From: an uncultured Pseudomonadota bacterium
GTDB taxonomy: Bacteria; Myxococcota_A; Polyangia; Fen-1088
Length of the DNA stretch: 64,000 nt
Assembly (NCBI GenBank): GCA_963847705.1
Contig: CAWKBC010000029.1
Span: 256,001 to 320,000 of the forward strand
Direction of reading: 5' to 3'
The notes under the pieces are model-generated. The model ran no database searches, was not told the DNA's origin, and was given only the letters and a program-made list of their open reading frames with translations. Position 1 is the first letter of the stretch. Each line of letters begins with the position of its first letter. Made by a program: the position numbers and the translations under genes. Below, piece by piece: positions 33,161-43,099 of this stretch.

Positions 33161-33792
33161 GCAGGGAGTCGGCGCTCTGTACCGAGGCGTTGCGGGTCAA
33201 CAGCCGCTACGTCGAGGAGGTGGTGATCGGCTGGGGGCTCTGTCCGTGGGCCGCGCAAGCCTGGCGCGAGGGCGCCGTCGCCCGCCGCGTCCTGGTCGAC
33301 CCGGCGCCCGGGCAGTCCACAGAGCGAGCAACCGAGCGAGCTGCCGAGGTCGAACGAGTGCTGGCCTTCATCGACGAGATCGCGCCCAACCCCGCCGTCT
33401 CGATCGGCCTGGCCATCTTCCCGCGCGCGACGCTCGGCGAGGCGGCCTGGGGAACCTTCGCCGAGCGGGTCCGGCGCGCCGACCGCGCCCGCCGCGCGCC
33501 CGAGCTGAGCGCGCCCTTCCTGCTGGCCGCCTTTCACCCGAAGAGCGGCGGGAGCGCCGCGGCTGCCGCAAATTCTGGCGCGCTGGTGGCATTCATCCGC
33601 CGCGCGCCCGATCCGATGCTGCAGCTCGTGCGCGCCAGCCTCCTCGAACGGCTCGCGCCCGCCGGCCGCGATCTCTCGGGCGAGATCGCGCGCGCCAACT
33701 TTGCCGCCGTCAACGCCCGCACGCCGGCCGCGCTGGACGCCCTCATCGGGGAGATCCGCGCCGACCGCGACGCCAGCTACGCCCGGCTGTAG
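33157..33792 (+). CDS. DUF1415-like hypothetical protein
   Basis: [29 protein letters not shown]; GTG overlaps the accA stop. Confidence 0.7.
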   Translation: MSRESALCTEALRVNSRYVEEVVIGWGLCPWAAQAWREGAVARRVLVDPAPGQSTERATERAAEVERVLAFIDEIAPNPAVSIGLAIFPRATLGEAAWGTFAERVRRADRARRAPELSAPFLLAAFHPKSGGSAAAAANSGALVAFIRRAPDPMLQLVRASLLERLAPAGRDLSGEIARANFAAVNARTPAALDALIGEIRADRDASYARL

Positions 33793-33807
33793 CGGTAAAG
33801 TCGGGCG

Positions 33808-34452
33808 ATGGACTTTTACTTCGGACGGCTCTCCGGCAACTCCACCCGCAGCGCGTTCGCCCTCTGCGAGGCGGGCATACCGTTCACGCCCCACCCCGTC
33901 GGCACGCCAAACGGCGAGAATCGGCAGGAGCCCTACCTGGCGCTCAATCCGATGGGGAAGGTGCCAGCGCTCATCGACGGTGACGTGCGCCTCTGGGAAT
34001 CGAACGCCATCAACTGGTACGTCGCCGAGAAGCATCCGGAGACGCGCTTGCTCCCGCCCACGCTGGCCGGGCGCGCCTCGGTCCAGCGCTGGCTCATGTT
34101 CCAGGCGGGCCACGTCTCCCCGGCCTCGACCACCATCTTTCGCAAGACCAATCAACGCATCCGATCCTTCTGGAAGACCGACGCCGACCCGAAGGCATTC
34201 GACGCGGCGCAGAAGGAGCTGGCGCGCTACCTCGCGGTGCTGGAGCAGGCGCTGGCCGGACGCGACTGGCTGGAGGGCGACTTCTCGCTGGCCGACATCG
34301 CCTATGCGCCCCACTTTGCGGCGGTGGCCGAAGGAGAGGGCGGCCTCGACCTTTCCGCGACACCGAACGTGGGAGTCTGGCTGCAGCGGATGTGGGCCCG
34401 GCCGGCCTGGAAGAAGGCGACCGAGATGGCCTTCGGCGGCCAGGGTGGATAG
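33808..34452 (+). CDS. Glutathione S-transferase
   Basis: LNPMGKVPAL, WESNAI, FSLADI. Confidence 0.93.
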   Translation: MDFYFGRLSGNSTRSAFALCEAGIPFTPHPVGTPNGENRQEPYLALNPMGKVPALIDGDVRLWESNAINWYVAEKHPETRLLPPTLAGRASVQRWLMFQAGHVSPASTTIFRKTNQRIRSFWKTDADPKAFDAAQKELARYLAVLEQALAGRDWLEGDFSLADIAYAPHFAAVAEGEGGLDLSATPNVGVWLQRMWARPAWKKATEMAFGGQGG

Positions 34453-34502
34453 CAATCGAAAGAACTTGCGGCGTTTCTCGAAAAAAGGGATGCGATAGAG
34501 CC

Positions 34503-35489
34503 ATGTCCATCCTGATCGTCGGCGGCGCCGGTTACATCGGGTGCCACACTGCCAAGCTGGTCGCGGCCTCCGGCCAGCGCCCCATCGTCTTCGACAACTT
34601 GGTCTACGGGCACCGGGAGGCGGTGAAGTGGGGGCCGCTGGTCGAGGGGGATCTGGCCGAGCCCGACGCCATCCGCCGGGCGCTCACCGAACATGCCGTG
34701 GAGGCGGTGATCCACTTCGCCGCCTACGCCTACGTGGGCGAGTCGATGACCGATCCGGGAAAGTATTTTCGCAACAACGTCGCGGGGACGATCAACCTGC
34801 TGGACGCGATGGTGGCCGTCGGCGTGCGCGATCTGGTCTTCTCCTCGACCTGCGCCACCTACGGCGAGCCGCAGGAGGTCCCCATCTCCGAGAGCCATCC
34901 CCAGAACCCGGTCAACGCCTACGGCGAGACCAAACTGGCCGTCGAGCGGATGTTGCGCTGGTACGGACAGGCCCACGGGCTCCGCTACGCGGCGCTGCGC
35001 TACTTCAACGCCGCCGGCGCCGATCCCGACGGCGACGTCGGCGAGGATCATTCCCCGGAGACGCACCTCATTCCGCTGGCGATCGAGGCGGCGCATGGCC
35101 GCGGCAAGCCATTGTCGATCTTCGGGACCGACTACCCCACGCCGGACGGCACCGCGGTGCGCGACTACATTCACGTCCTCGACCTGGGAGAGGCACACCT
35201 GCTGGCCCTGGCCGCGCTGGCCAAGGGGGCGACCAGCCTTCACCTGAATCTGGGGACCGGACGTGGCAGCTCGGTGCGGGAGGTGATCACCTCGGTGGAG
35301 AAGGCGACCGGCCGTACGGTGCCGGCCCGCGAGGTTGGGCGGCGGGCCGGCGATCCGCCGGTGCTGGTGGCGGACGCGCGCCAGGCCAACGAGCGGCTCG
35401 GCTGGAAGCCGCGCTACCCCGAGCTCGACACCATCGTCGCCCACGCCGCCCGCTGGCACGGGCGGGTCAAAGCGCCGGCCGCGCCCTGA
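34503..35489 (+). CDS. galE: UDP-glucose 4-epimerase
   Basis: GGAGYIG, HFAA, YGETK, LRYFNAAGA, DGTAVRDYIHV. Confidence 0.95.
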   Translation: MSILIVGGAGYIGCHTAKLVAASGQRPIVFDNLVYGHREAVKWGPLVEGDLAEPDAIRRALTEHAVEAVIHFAAYAYVGESMTDPGKYFRNNVAGTINLLDAMVAVGVRDLVFSSTCATYGEPQEVPISESHPQNPVNAYGETKLAVERMLRWYGQAHGLRYAALRYFNAAGADPDGDVGEDHSPETHLIPLAIEAAHGRGKPLSIFGTDYPTPDGTAVRDYIHVLDLGEAHLLALAALAKGATSLHLNLGTGRGSSVREVITSVEKATGRTVPAREVGRRAGDPPVLVADARQANERLGWKPRYPELDTIVAHAARWHGRVKAPAAP

Positions 35490-36235
<746 letters not shown>

Positions 36236-36239
<4 letters not shown>

Positions 36240-37198
36240 GTGGCCGCCCGGTAGCGGGGGAGCACGATACAGAATCGCGCGCCGTGATCGACCTGGGAGC
36301 GGACCTCGACCCGCCCGCGGTGCGCTTCGACGACCGCCCGCACGATCGCCAGACCGAGGCCCGACCCGGCCGCACCGCCCGCGACCGCCCCCGAGCCGCG
36401 TTCGAACTTCTCGAAGATCGCCGCCTGCTCGAGGCGAGGGATCCCCACGCCGTTGTCGCTGACGGAGATCGAGATCGTCTCGCGGTCGGCGCGCGCCCGC
36501 ACCTCGATCTTCTTGCCAGTGGGTCGGGTGTACTTCCAGGCGTTGCTGAGCAGGTTGCTCATCGCCTGCGCCAGCGCCGACCGATCGCCGTAGACGAGCA
36601 GGTCGGGATCGAGATCGGCGCGGACATCGGCCACCTCGGCCTCCCCGCCGATCTTCATCGCCTCGAAGGCGGTCAGCGCATCTCCCACGAAGTCGGCCAC
36701 CCGGACCGGATGGCGCTCGAAGGCGGTGGGGCGGGATTCAATCTTCGACAGCTCGATGAGCTTGCCGACCAGCCCGTCGAGGCGGGTCAGCTCCTGGTGC
36801 ACGATCGCCAGGCAGCGCTGCCGCTCGGCGGGAGACTCGATCCGGTCCGCCCGCAGCGTCTCGATGAACATGAGGATCGAGGTGAGCGGCGTTCGGATCT
36901 CGTGCGACACCGACGAGAGGAACTCGTTCTGGATGGAGGCCAGGTTCGCCCCGCGGTTGACGAAGATGCTCCCCATTGTGTAGCCGGCCAGGGCGGTGGC
37001 GCAGAAGGCCAGCACCAGGATCCCCCCCACGATGGAGAGAGACTTGGACCCGCCCGAGGCGACCAGGATGATGCCGATCGCCGTCATGAGGACGGTGGGC
37101 ACCAGCGCCGCCAGCATGAACGTGATGCGAGCACGGTGCAGGAAGACCGAGGTGGGCGAGCGGTGTCGCACGCCCCTGCGTTTGACGCCGATTTTCAC
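36236..37198 (-). CDS. Sensor histidine kinase with two closely spaced TM helices
   Basis: SHEIRTPL H-box, NLLSNAWKY, DNGVG, GSGLGL; GTG overlaps the desaturase stop. Confidence 0.9.
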
Positions 37199-38073
37199 GC
37201 CCCTTGGGGCGGTTGGCGCAGATCCCAGATGATGCCGAACCGCGCGAGCACCCACAGCACGTAGTATGTCACGTCGATCTCCCACCAGCGAAACCCCTGC
37301 CTGGCCGAGCTCGGGTAGCGGTGGTGGTTGTTGTGCCACCCCTCCCCGGTCGTGGCGACCGCCAGGAGGAAGCTGTTGCGGGAGTCGTCGGTCGTTTCGT
37401 AGCGGCGCCGCCCGATCAGGTGCGCCAGGGAATTGATGGAGAACGAGCCGTGCCACACCAGCACCGAGGAGACCAAGAAGCCCCAGACGAAAGTGTGCAC
37501 GCCGCCCAGCAGGAGCAAGGCGAGCGCGAACGCCACCATGGGAACGATCGCCATGTTCTCGCGGTCGAGGAAACGGAGCTCCGGGAAGCGCGCAAGATCC
37601 TTCACCGAGGCCGGGTCGGTCTCGGTCCAGGTGCTGCTCAGCACCCAGCCGACGTGCGAGTACCAGAAACCACGCTGCCGCACGGAGTGAACGTCCTTGG
37701 GGGTGTCCGAATACTTGTGGTGCCAGCGGTGATGGCTGGCCCACCAGATCACCCCCTTCATGCCGGCGGTCTGCGCCGCCACGGCCATGATGAACTGAAA
37801 GACCCGCGAGGTCTTGAACGCCTTGTGCGAGAAATACCGATGGTAGGCGGCGGTCACCACCACCATCCGAACGAAGTACGAGCCGAGCGCCAGCGCCAGC
37901 CCCCCCCAGGACCAGAACCAGATGGCGCCCACGACGGCGGCGATGTGCACCATCGTGAACGAGACCGTCGTGACGCGGAAGTAGCTGCGCCAGGTTGTTG
38001 GCGCGGGCGACGCCGGCGCGGTTACGGCTTCGACGGCAGGGGTGGCGGTCCAATCGGCGTTGGTAGCGGACAC
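37195..38073 (-). CDS. Acyl-CoA/lipid desaturase (delta-9-like)
   Basis: His boxes HRYFSH, HRWHH and GEGWHNNHH. Confidence 0.93.
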   Translation of the reverse strand: MSATNADWTATPAVEAVTAPASPAPTTWRSYFRVTTVSFTMVHIAAVVGAIWFWSWGGLALALGSYFVRMVVVTAAYHRYFSHKAFKTSRVFQFIMAVAAQTAGMKGVIWWASHHRWHHKYSDTPKDVHSVRQRGFWYSHVGWVLSSTWTETDPASVKDLARFPELRFLDRENMAIVPMVAFALALLLLGGVHTFVWGFLVSSVLVWHGSFSINSLAHLIGRRRYETTDDSRNSFLLAVATTGEGWHNNHHRYPSSARQGFRWWEIDVTYYVLWVLARFGIIWDLRQPPQGA

Positions 38074-38130
38074 GCTTCCAATATGCCTGTTCCCCCGTCA
38101 GGGCCCGGTCACGTTTCGGTCACGGCGCTG

Positions 38131-39903
38131 TCAGAAGGCCGAAAGGCCGGCGATCTCGGCGGGGAGGCGCTCCGCCATCAGCCGTTCGACCAGCGCACCG
38201 ACCTGAACTTCGCTCTCCAGCGTCAGAGCCTCCGCCGCGAGCGCCTCCGCTTCGACCATTCGCAATCCGCGAACGACCGACTTGACGACGGGAATCGAGG
38301 AGGGGTCCATCGAGAGCTCGCGCAGCCCCAACCCGACGAGGATCCAGGTCAGCATGGGGTCCGAGGCCATGTCGCCGCAGATGGAGAGCGGAACCCCGAC
38401 CTGTCGGGCGGCGTCGATGACCGTCTTCAGGAGCCGCAGCATGGCGGGATGGAGCGGCTGATAGAGATAGGCGACGTCGTCGTTGTCGCGATCGGCCGCG
38501 AAGGCGTACTGAATGAGGTCGTTGGTCCCGAGGCTGAGGAAGGCGCAACGCCGGGCCAGATGGTCGGCAGTCAAGGCGGCGCTGGGCGTCTCGATCATGA
38601 CGCCGAGCGGGACGGGAGCCCCCTGTCCGACGGTGACGCTCCCCTTGCGGCCCAGGGCCGCGGCCACGTCGTCGGAGATGGCGATCGCCCGTTCGAGCTC
38701 GGTCACCCCCGAGACCAGCGGGAACATCAGCCGCATGGGAGCGTGAGACGACGCCCGATAGAGGGCGCGGAGCTGGGTGCGAAAAATGTCGGGGCGCTCC
38801 AGGGAAAAGCGCATCGACCGCATCCCGAGCGCAGGGTTGGCGCCGGTGGCGATCCGCAGCGCCGCGGGGAGCTTGTCGCCTCCGAGGTCGAGAGTTCGGA
38901 AGGTCACCGTGATGCCGTCGGCGGCGCGCAGGGCCGAGACGGCGTCGGTGTATTGCTCCTCTTCGCTCGGCAGGTCGGTGCGATCGAGGTAGAGAAATTC
39001 CGTGCGCATTAGGCCGATCGATTCGGCCCCGGCGGCCCGCGCAGCCGAAATGCCGGCGACCGATTCGACGTTGGCCGCCAGATGAACGCGCACGTCGTCG
39101 AGCGTGACCGAAGGGAGATCCCGCAGTGACGTCAGCGCCAAGGAGCGCTGGCGCCCGACCGCCATGCTGGACTGGTAGCGGGCCAGCGTCTCCTCGTCGG
39201 GCTGGAAGACGAGCTCGCCGTGCGAGCCGTCGACGATCAGCGTGGCGTCGGGGGGGACGTGAGCCCCCAGATTCTTGATCCCCGCGACGTAGGGAATTCC
39301 CAGATCCCGGGCCACGAGGGCGGCGTGCGAGGTCTTGCCGCCCCGCTCGCTGACGATCCCGATGACACCGGCCCGTTCGAGCTGGTAGGGATCGAGGGGC
39401 GTCAGCTCGAAGCAGACCGCGATGGAGCCCTTTCGCGCGCCGGCACCGGGGCGGATGTCGGGCAGCCCCAGCAGCACCCGCACCAGCCGCTCGCCGACCG
39501 CCTCGAAGTCGGCGCCGCGCGCGCGAAAGAACGGATCGGGCAGGGCGGCGAACGTCGCGCGGATGTGCTCCATGGCACGGGTGACCGCCCATTCGGCCGC
39601 CAGCGCCTCGTCGGCGATCATCCGACGGGTCTCCCCTTCGATCTCCGGGCTGCGGAGCATCAACCGCTGGACCTCGATCAGCGCCTCTCCGTCGGCGCTT
39701 CGCCCCTGCAAGAACTGCCGGAGGCCGGCCAGCTGCTCGTCCGCCGCGCGAAGCGCCGTGGTGAGACGCGCCAGCTCCGCCTCGCGATCGCCGCGTAGGA
39801 TCCGGCGCTCGGCGACCACCGCCCGGCTGACCAGCAGATGCGCGGGGCCAATCGCGACGCCCCCGGAAGCGGCGATGCCTTTGAAGTGTCTCCCGGCGAC
39901 CAT
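38131..39903 (-). CDS. ptsP: PEP-protein phosphotransferase (PTS enzyme I)
   Basis: GIAASGG, GGKTSHAA phospho-His, GLMRTEF, GTNDLIQY, ICGDM. Confidence 0.93.
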   Translation of the reverse strand: MVAGRHFKGIAASGGVAIGPAHLLVSRAVVAERRILRGDREAELARLTTALRAADEQLAGLRQFLQGRSADGEALIEVQRLMLRSPEIEGETRRMIADEALAAEWAVTRAMEHIRATFAALPDPFFRARGADFEAVGERLVRVLLGLPDIRPGAGARKGSIAVCFELTPLDPYQLERAGVIGIVSERGGKTSHAALVARDLGIPYVAGIKNLGAHVPPDATLIVDGSHGELVFQPDEETLARYQSSMAVGRQRSLALTSLRDLPSVTLDDVRVHLAANVESVAGISAARAAGAESIGLMRTEFLYLDRTDLPSEEEQYTDAVSALRAADGITVTFRTLDLGGDKLPAALRIATGANPALGMRSMRFSLERPDIFRTQLRALYRASSHAPMRLMFPLVSGVTELERAIAISDDVAAALGRKGSVTVGQGAPVPLGVMIETPSAALTADHLARRCAFLSLGTNDLIQYAFAADRDNDDVAYLYQPLHPAMLRLLKTVIDAARQVGVPLSICGDMASDPMLTWILVGLGLRELSMDPSSIPVVKSVVRGLRMVEAEALAAEALTLESEVQVGALVERLMAERLPAEIAGLSAF

Positions 39904-40020
39904 TCCCCGACGTGGGCAAGCATGCGCGTCCTGCCCGAGGGCGCCAGCACAATCGTGTGCCGCGCGGGACCGCGCCTCAAACACGTAGCGTGCCCCTGCC
40001 CAGGCCCTTATATAGGTCGG

Positions 40021-40248
40021 ATGTCGAACGATCCCGCCGCGGACGTCGTGGCAGCGCGACGGGCTCTGTCAGTCGCGCGCGCCGACCTCGACGAGGCCGT
40101 GGCGGCGGTGCCGGAGATCGACGGGGAAGATGCGCTGGCCTCGCCGGGTCTCCTGGCCCTCCTGCTGCGCGCGGTGAGCGCCAAGAACCACCTTGACCAC
40201 CTCGAGCTCTCGGCGGCGGTCGAAAGGCACCCGCGGATCCTTCAGTAG
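40021..40248 (+). CDS. Small helical hypothetical protein
   Basis: 75 aa from ATG 40021, GC3-rich codons, AT-rich box just upstream. Confidence 0.55.
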   Translation: MSNDPAADVVAARRALSVARADLDEAVAAVPEIDGEDALASPGLLALLLRAVSAKNHLDHLELSAAVERHPRILQ

Positions 40249-40342
40249 CTCGCGGGCGCTCCACCAGCAGCGCGCAGGAGCTCAACGTCCCGTCGCCTGC
40301 CCCGCCGTCCCGCAGCGCCGGCTCAGTCGACGCCCGTCCCGC

Positions 40343-40508
40343 TCACTCTTGCTGCTTCGGCGGCCTTCCCCGTCGCATGGCCCACTTGGGCTTCTCTTTG
40401 CGGGCGGGTCGGGCCGAGGTCGAGGTGCCTCTCGCGGCACGCTCTCCCGCCTCCCGCGCCGCCTGCGCGGCAACGATGGCCGCCCGCTTGTCTTCTGCTT
40501 TCCCCATG
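40343..40508 (-). CDS. Small basic hypothetical protein
   Basis: MGKAEDKRAAIVAAQAARE...KWAMRRGRPPKQQE. Confidence 0.5.
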
Positions 40509-40697
40509 ACCGACCACCGCCTTTTTGCCAGCATACACCCTAGGTTCAGCGACCGCCCGGGCCGCCCCTGCAAAACTATTTCCGCCTGAGGCACCGCCCT
40601 GCGATCGCCTCAGGCAGCGGAGGACGCGGCCCGCCAGCGGTTCAGACCGTCGGAAAAGCCGCATTGTTCCGGGGTTTCGCATTTATTCCGCGCGCGG

Positions 40698-40714
40698 TGG
40701 CAGCCACCGTGCCA
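40698..40714. promoter_or_regulatory. Palindromic TGGCA-N7-TGCCA; sigma54-like -24/-12 element, best on the minus strand
   Basis: Minus strand reads TGGCACG-GTGG-CTGC against consensus TGGCACG-N4-TTGC; plus strand also has GG-N10-GC. Confidence 0.4.
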
Positions 40715-40841
40715 TTCTCCCTGCTGCCTGGCGCAGCTGCTGCCAGGTGGCTTCGGCGCCGTGGCGCGAGCGGAAGTCCACCAACCCCCCTCGTCCATAG
40801 ATGCGCGGGAAAGACGCCCCAATGATCAAGGAGGCGCGCAG

Positions 40842-41144
40842 GTGGCAAGAGTAACGGTCGAAGACTGTCTGGAGCGGGTCAACAATCACTTCGCGTTGGT
40901 GATCCTGGCCGCCAGCCGGGCCCGGCAGATCGCCGTCGGTGCGCCGCGGCTGGTCGAGTGCACCAACAAGTCGGCCGTCGCCGCTCTGCGCGAGGTCGGC
41001 GCGGGCAAGGTGCGGTTCAAGGAGAACGTCGACTCCGTCATCCGCACCTTCGTGGCGGAGCGCAAGGAGGTCGATCGCATCAACAAGCTGGCCGGCACCA
41101 CCCGGCGCCATCGCGATCGCCAGATCCCCGCGCCGGCGCGCTAG
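40842..41144 (+). CDS. rpoZ: RNA polymerase omega subunit
   Basis: MARVTVEDCL...N.FALVILAASRARQI...K..V.ALREV; AAGGAGG Shine-Dalgarno. Confidence 0.92.
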   Translation: MARVTVEDCLERVNNHFALVILAASRARQIAVGAPRLVECTNKSAVAALREVGAGKVRFKENVDSVIRTFVAERKEVDRINKLAGTTRRHRDRQIPAPAR

Positions 41145-41184
41145 GAGGGCGCTCGACGACGACGGGCTGTCCTGAGCGGCCCGC

Positions 41185-42093
41185 TCAGGACTGGCCGAAG
41201 ATGTCCTGGCGGGCCGATTTGCAGATGGCCACCACCGCAGGGTGCTTGATCTTCCGCTCCACCGAGAGCGCGTAGAACTGCTGGAGCACGGCGCTCGACC
41301 GGCCCACCACGCGCACCGCGTACTGGTGCAGGACCTCGCGCTCGATGACCGTGGGCGCGGCGAAGACGCCCATCCCCTCCATCCCGAACGACTTCGCCAG
41401 CGCGCTGTCGTCGAGCTCGGCGACGATCGTCGGGTGGACGTCCTCGGCGATGAACCATTGTTCGAGCGAGCGGCGAACGGTGGAGGGGGCGCCCGGCAAC
41501 AGGAAGGGGACCCCCTCGAGCGAGCGCGGAAACCGCCGCTTCATCGACGACGCCAGCTTCGGCGCCGCGAAGAACGAGGTCCCGCACGCGCCGAGCAGGT
41601 GGCTGAAGGCGCGCACGGGAACCGCCGAGCTGGCCGGACCGTCGGCGATCACCACGTCGACGCGATGGAGCGCCAGCTCGGCGACGAACTCCTCGACCGA
41701 CTTGTCCGCGCGGCAGACCACGCGGACCGGCTGGCCGAGCCGGAAGGCCGGCTCCAGGAATCGTCGCACCAAGGAGGCCGGGAGCACGTCGGCGATCCCC
41801 ACCACCAGCCGGAGCGGGTGTCCGCTGGCCCGGCCCTTCAAGGTGTCGACGAACTCCCGTCCCAGCGAGAAGATCTCGTCCGCGTAGCGGAACGCCACCC
41901 GCCCCGCCTCGGTGAGGACCAGGTTGCGCCCCCGACGGGCGAAGAGCTTTTCGCCCAGGACCTCTTCGAGCTTGTGGATCTGGCCGCTGATGGTGGGGTG
42001 GGCCAGGTGAAGCTCCTCACTGGCCCGCACGATGCTCCCCTCCCGGGCCACCACCCAGAAGTACTGAAGGTGGTGGTAGTTGAGCCATTCCAT
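41185..42093 (-). CDS. nhaR: LysR-family regulator, NhaR type
   Basis: MEWLNYHHLQYFWVVAREGSI...PTISGQI, YADEIFSLGRE, ERKIKHPAV. Confidence 0.88.
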   Translation of the reverse strand: MEWLNYHHLQYFWVVAREGSIVRASEELHLAHPTISGQIHKLEEVLGEKLFARRGRNLVLTEAGRVAFRYADEIFSLGREFVDTLKGRASGHPLRLVVGIADVLPASLVRRFLEPAFRLGQPVRVVCRADKSVEEFVAELALHRVDVVIADGPASSAVPVRAFSHLLGACGTSFFAAPKLASSMKRRFPRSLEGVPFLLPGAPSTVRRSLEQWFIAEDVHPTIVAELDDSALAKSFGMEGMGVFAAPTVIEREVLHQYAVRVVGRSSAVLQQFYALSVERKIKHPAVVAICKSARQDIFGQS

Positions 42094-42108
42094 CGCCGAC
42101 GGACCATA

Positions 42109-42142
42109 TCTCGGTTTTTTCGACGATGTGTTCTGAAACTTC
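42109..42142. promoter_or_regulatory. Putative LysR operator 1
   Basis: T-N11-A (42111-42123) within TCGGTTTTTTCGACG-N8-TGAAACTTC. Confidence 0.6.
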
Positions 42143-42262
42143 CTAATAGTCGGCGCATTGCCGGGCGGCCAGGCTACACGCCGGACAGAGCACTGAAATG
42201 GAGCCAGCGGGGGTAGAGCGGACCTGGTCTCGGGGGCCGGCCGAAATCGGGGGAGGCGACCA

Positions 42263-42589
42263 GTGAAGATCTTCTCGGGGTACGACGCCGTGGCTCTCCG
42301 CGTCCCCGCCGGGGCGATGTCGCTCGCCGCCCGCCTGAGCGTGGTGGACGAGCTCATGTGCGCGCTCGAGCTGGTGACCCGAGCGGGCCAGCAGCACGTG
42401 ATGAACAAGATCCTGACCATCCTCCGCCGGGAGATGCTCCTGGTCGCCGCTCCCTTCGCGGCCGCCGACCTGGCCTCGCTCCTGGACGCCATGGCGGAGC
42501 TCGAGCACGAAGCCGGACGGCTGGCCCCCACGGCGGCCGCCTTCAATCGTCATGCGCGGGTCGTCACCGGGGTGCTGGAGCAGACCTGA
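42263..42589 (+). CDS. Hypothetical helical protein
   Basis: 108 aa, GGAGG Shine-Dalgarno, GC3-rich. Confidence 0.7.
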   Translation: MKIFSGYDAVALRVPAGAMSLAARLSVVDELMCALELVTRAGQQHVMNKILTILRREMLLVAAPFAAADLASLLDAMAELEHEAGRLAPTAAAFNRHARVVTGVLEQT

Positions 42590-42591
42590 TA

Positions 42592-42625
42592 CGTCGAGTT
42601 TTTCGACGCAATCGGTTGAAACTTC
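42592..42625. promoter_or_regulatory. Putative LysR operator 2
   Basis: CGTCGA-GTTTT-TCGACG dyad (T-N11-A 42594-42606), then N8-TGAAACTTC; same spacing as operator 1. Confidence 0.6.
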
Positions 42626-42668
42626 GGTCTGGCCTACGTCTGCTTCCGGGTCCATCTATGAACGTACG

Positions 42669-42842
42669 ATGGACACGAAACCGAGACTGACGAAGCAAGG
42701 AATCAAGGATCTCAACCACTACGGGCCGAAGCCCGGACGCACCGTGGCCGAAGCGCCGGGCCCCGCCGGCGAGGAAGCGGCGAAGGCCACCCCGCCGGTC
42801 AGCGAGAAGCAGCCCGAAGCGACCGTCTCCGTCGGCGCCTAG
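42669..42842 (+). CDS. Small hypothetical protein (57 aa)
   Basis: MDTKPRLTKQGIKDLNHYGPKPG...; directly downstream of operator 2. Confidence 0.55.
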   Translation: MDTKPRLTKQGIKDLNHYGPKPGRTVAEAPGPAGEEAAKATPPVSEKQPEATVSVGA

Positions 42843-42872
42843 GCGCTCGGCCCTCCGCCCGAAAGGACGCCC

Positions 42873-43097
42873 ATGAAGCGCATCCACGACCTCCGCGCCG
42901 CCCTCAACGAACAGCTCGAGGCGGTGCTGGAGGGTATGCGTATCCTGGCTGGGATCGCCCAGCGCCAGGGGGTCGCCGTGGCCGTGGCGGCCGAGCCCAG
43001 CTACCTCCGCTGCCCGTCCTGTCAGCAGCAGGTCACGCCGACCGCAACCGTCTGCTCGTCCTGCCGACGCAAGCTGGCCCCGGCCACGGCACAATAG
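42873..43097 (+). CDS. Small zinc-ribbon protein
   Basis: CPSC...CSSC; AAGGA Shine-Dalgarno; stop 2 nt before the next gene. Confidence 0.7.
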   Translation: MKRIHDLRAALNEQLEAVLEGMRILAGIAQRQGVAVAVAAEPSYLRCPSCQQQVTPTATVCSSCRRKLAPATAQ

Positions 43098-43099
43098 CC

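Noticed and set aside
33318-33345. 12-bp duplication (TERA-TERA) in the DUF1415-like gene
   Set aside because: Short in-frame loop duplication of little significance.
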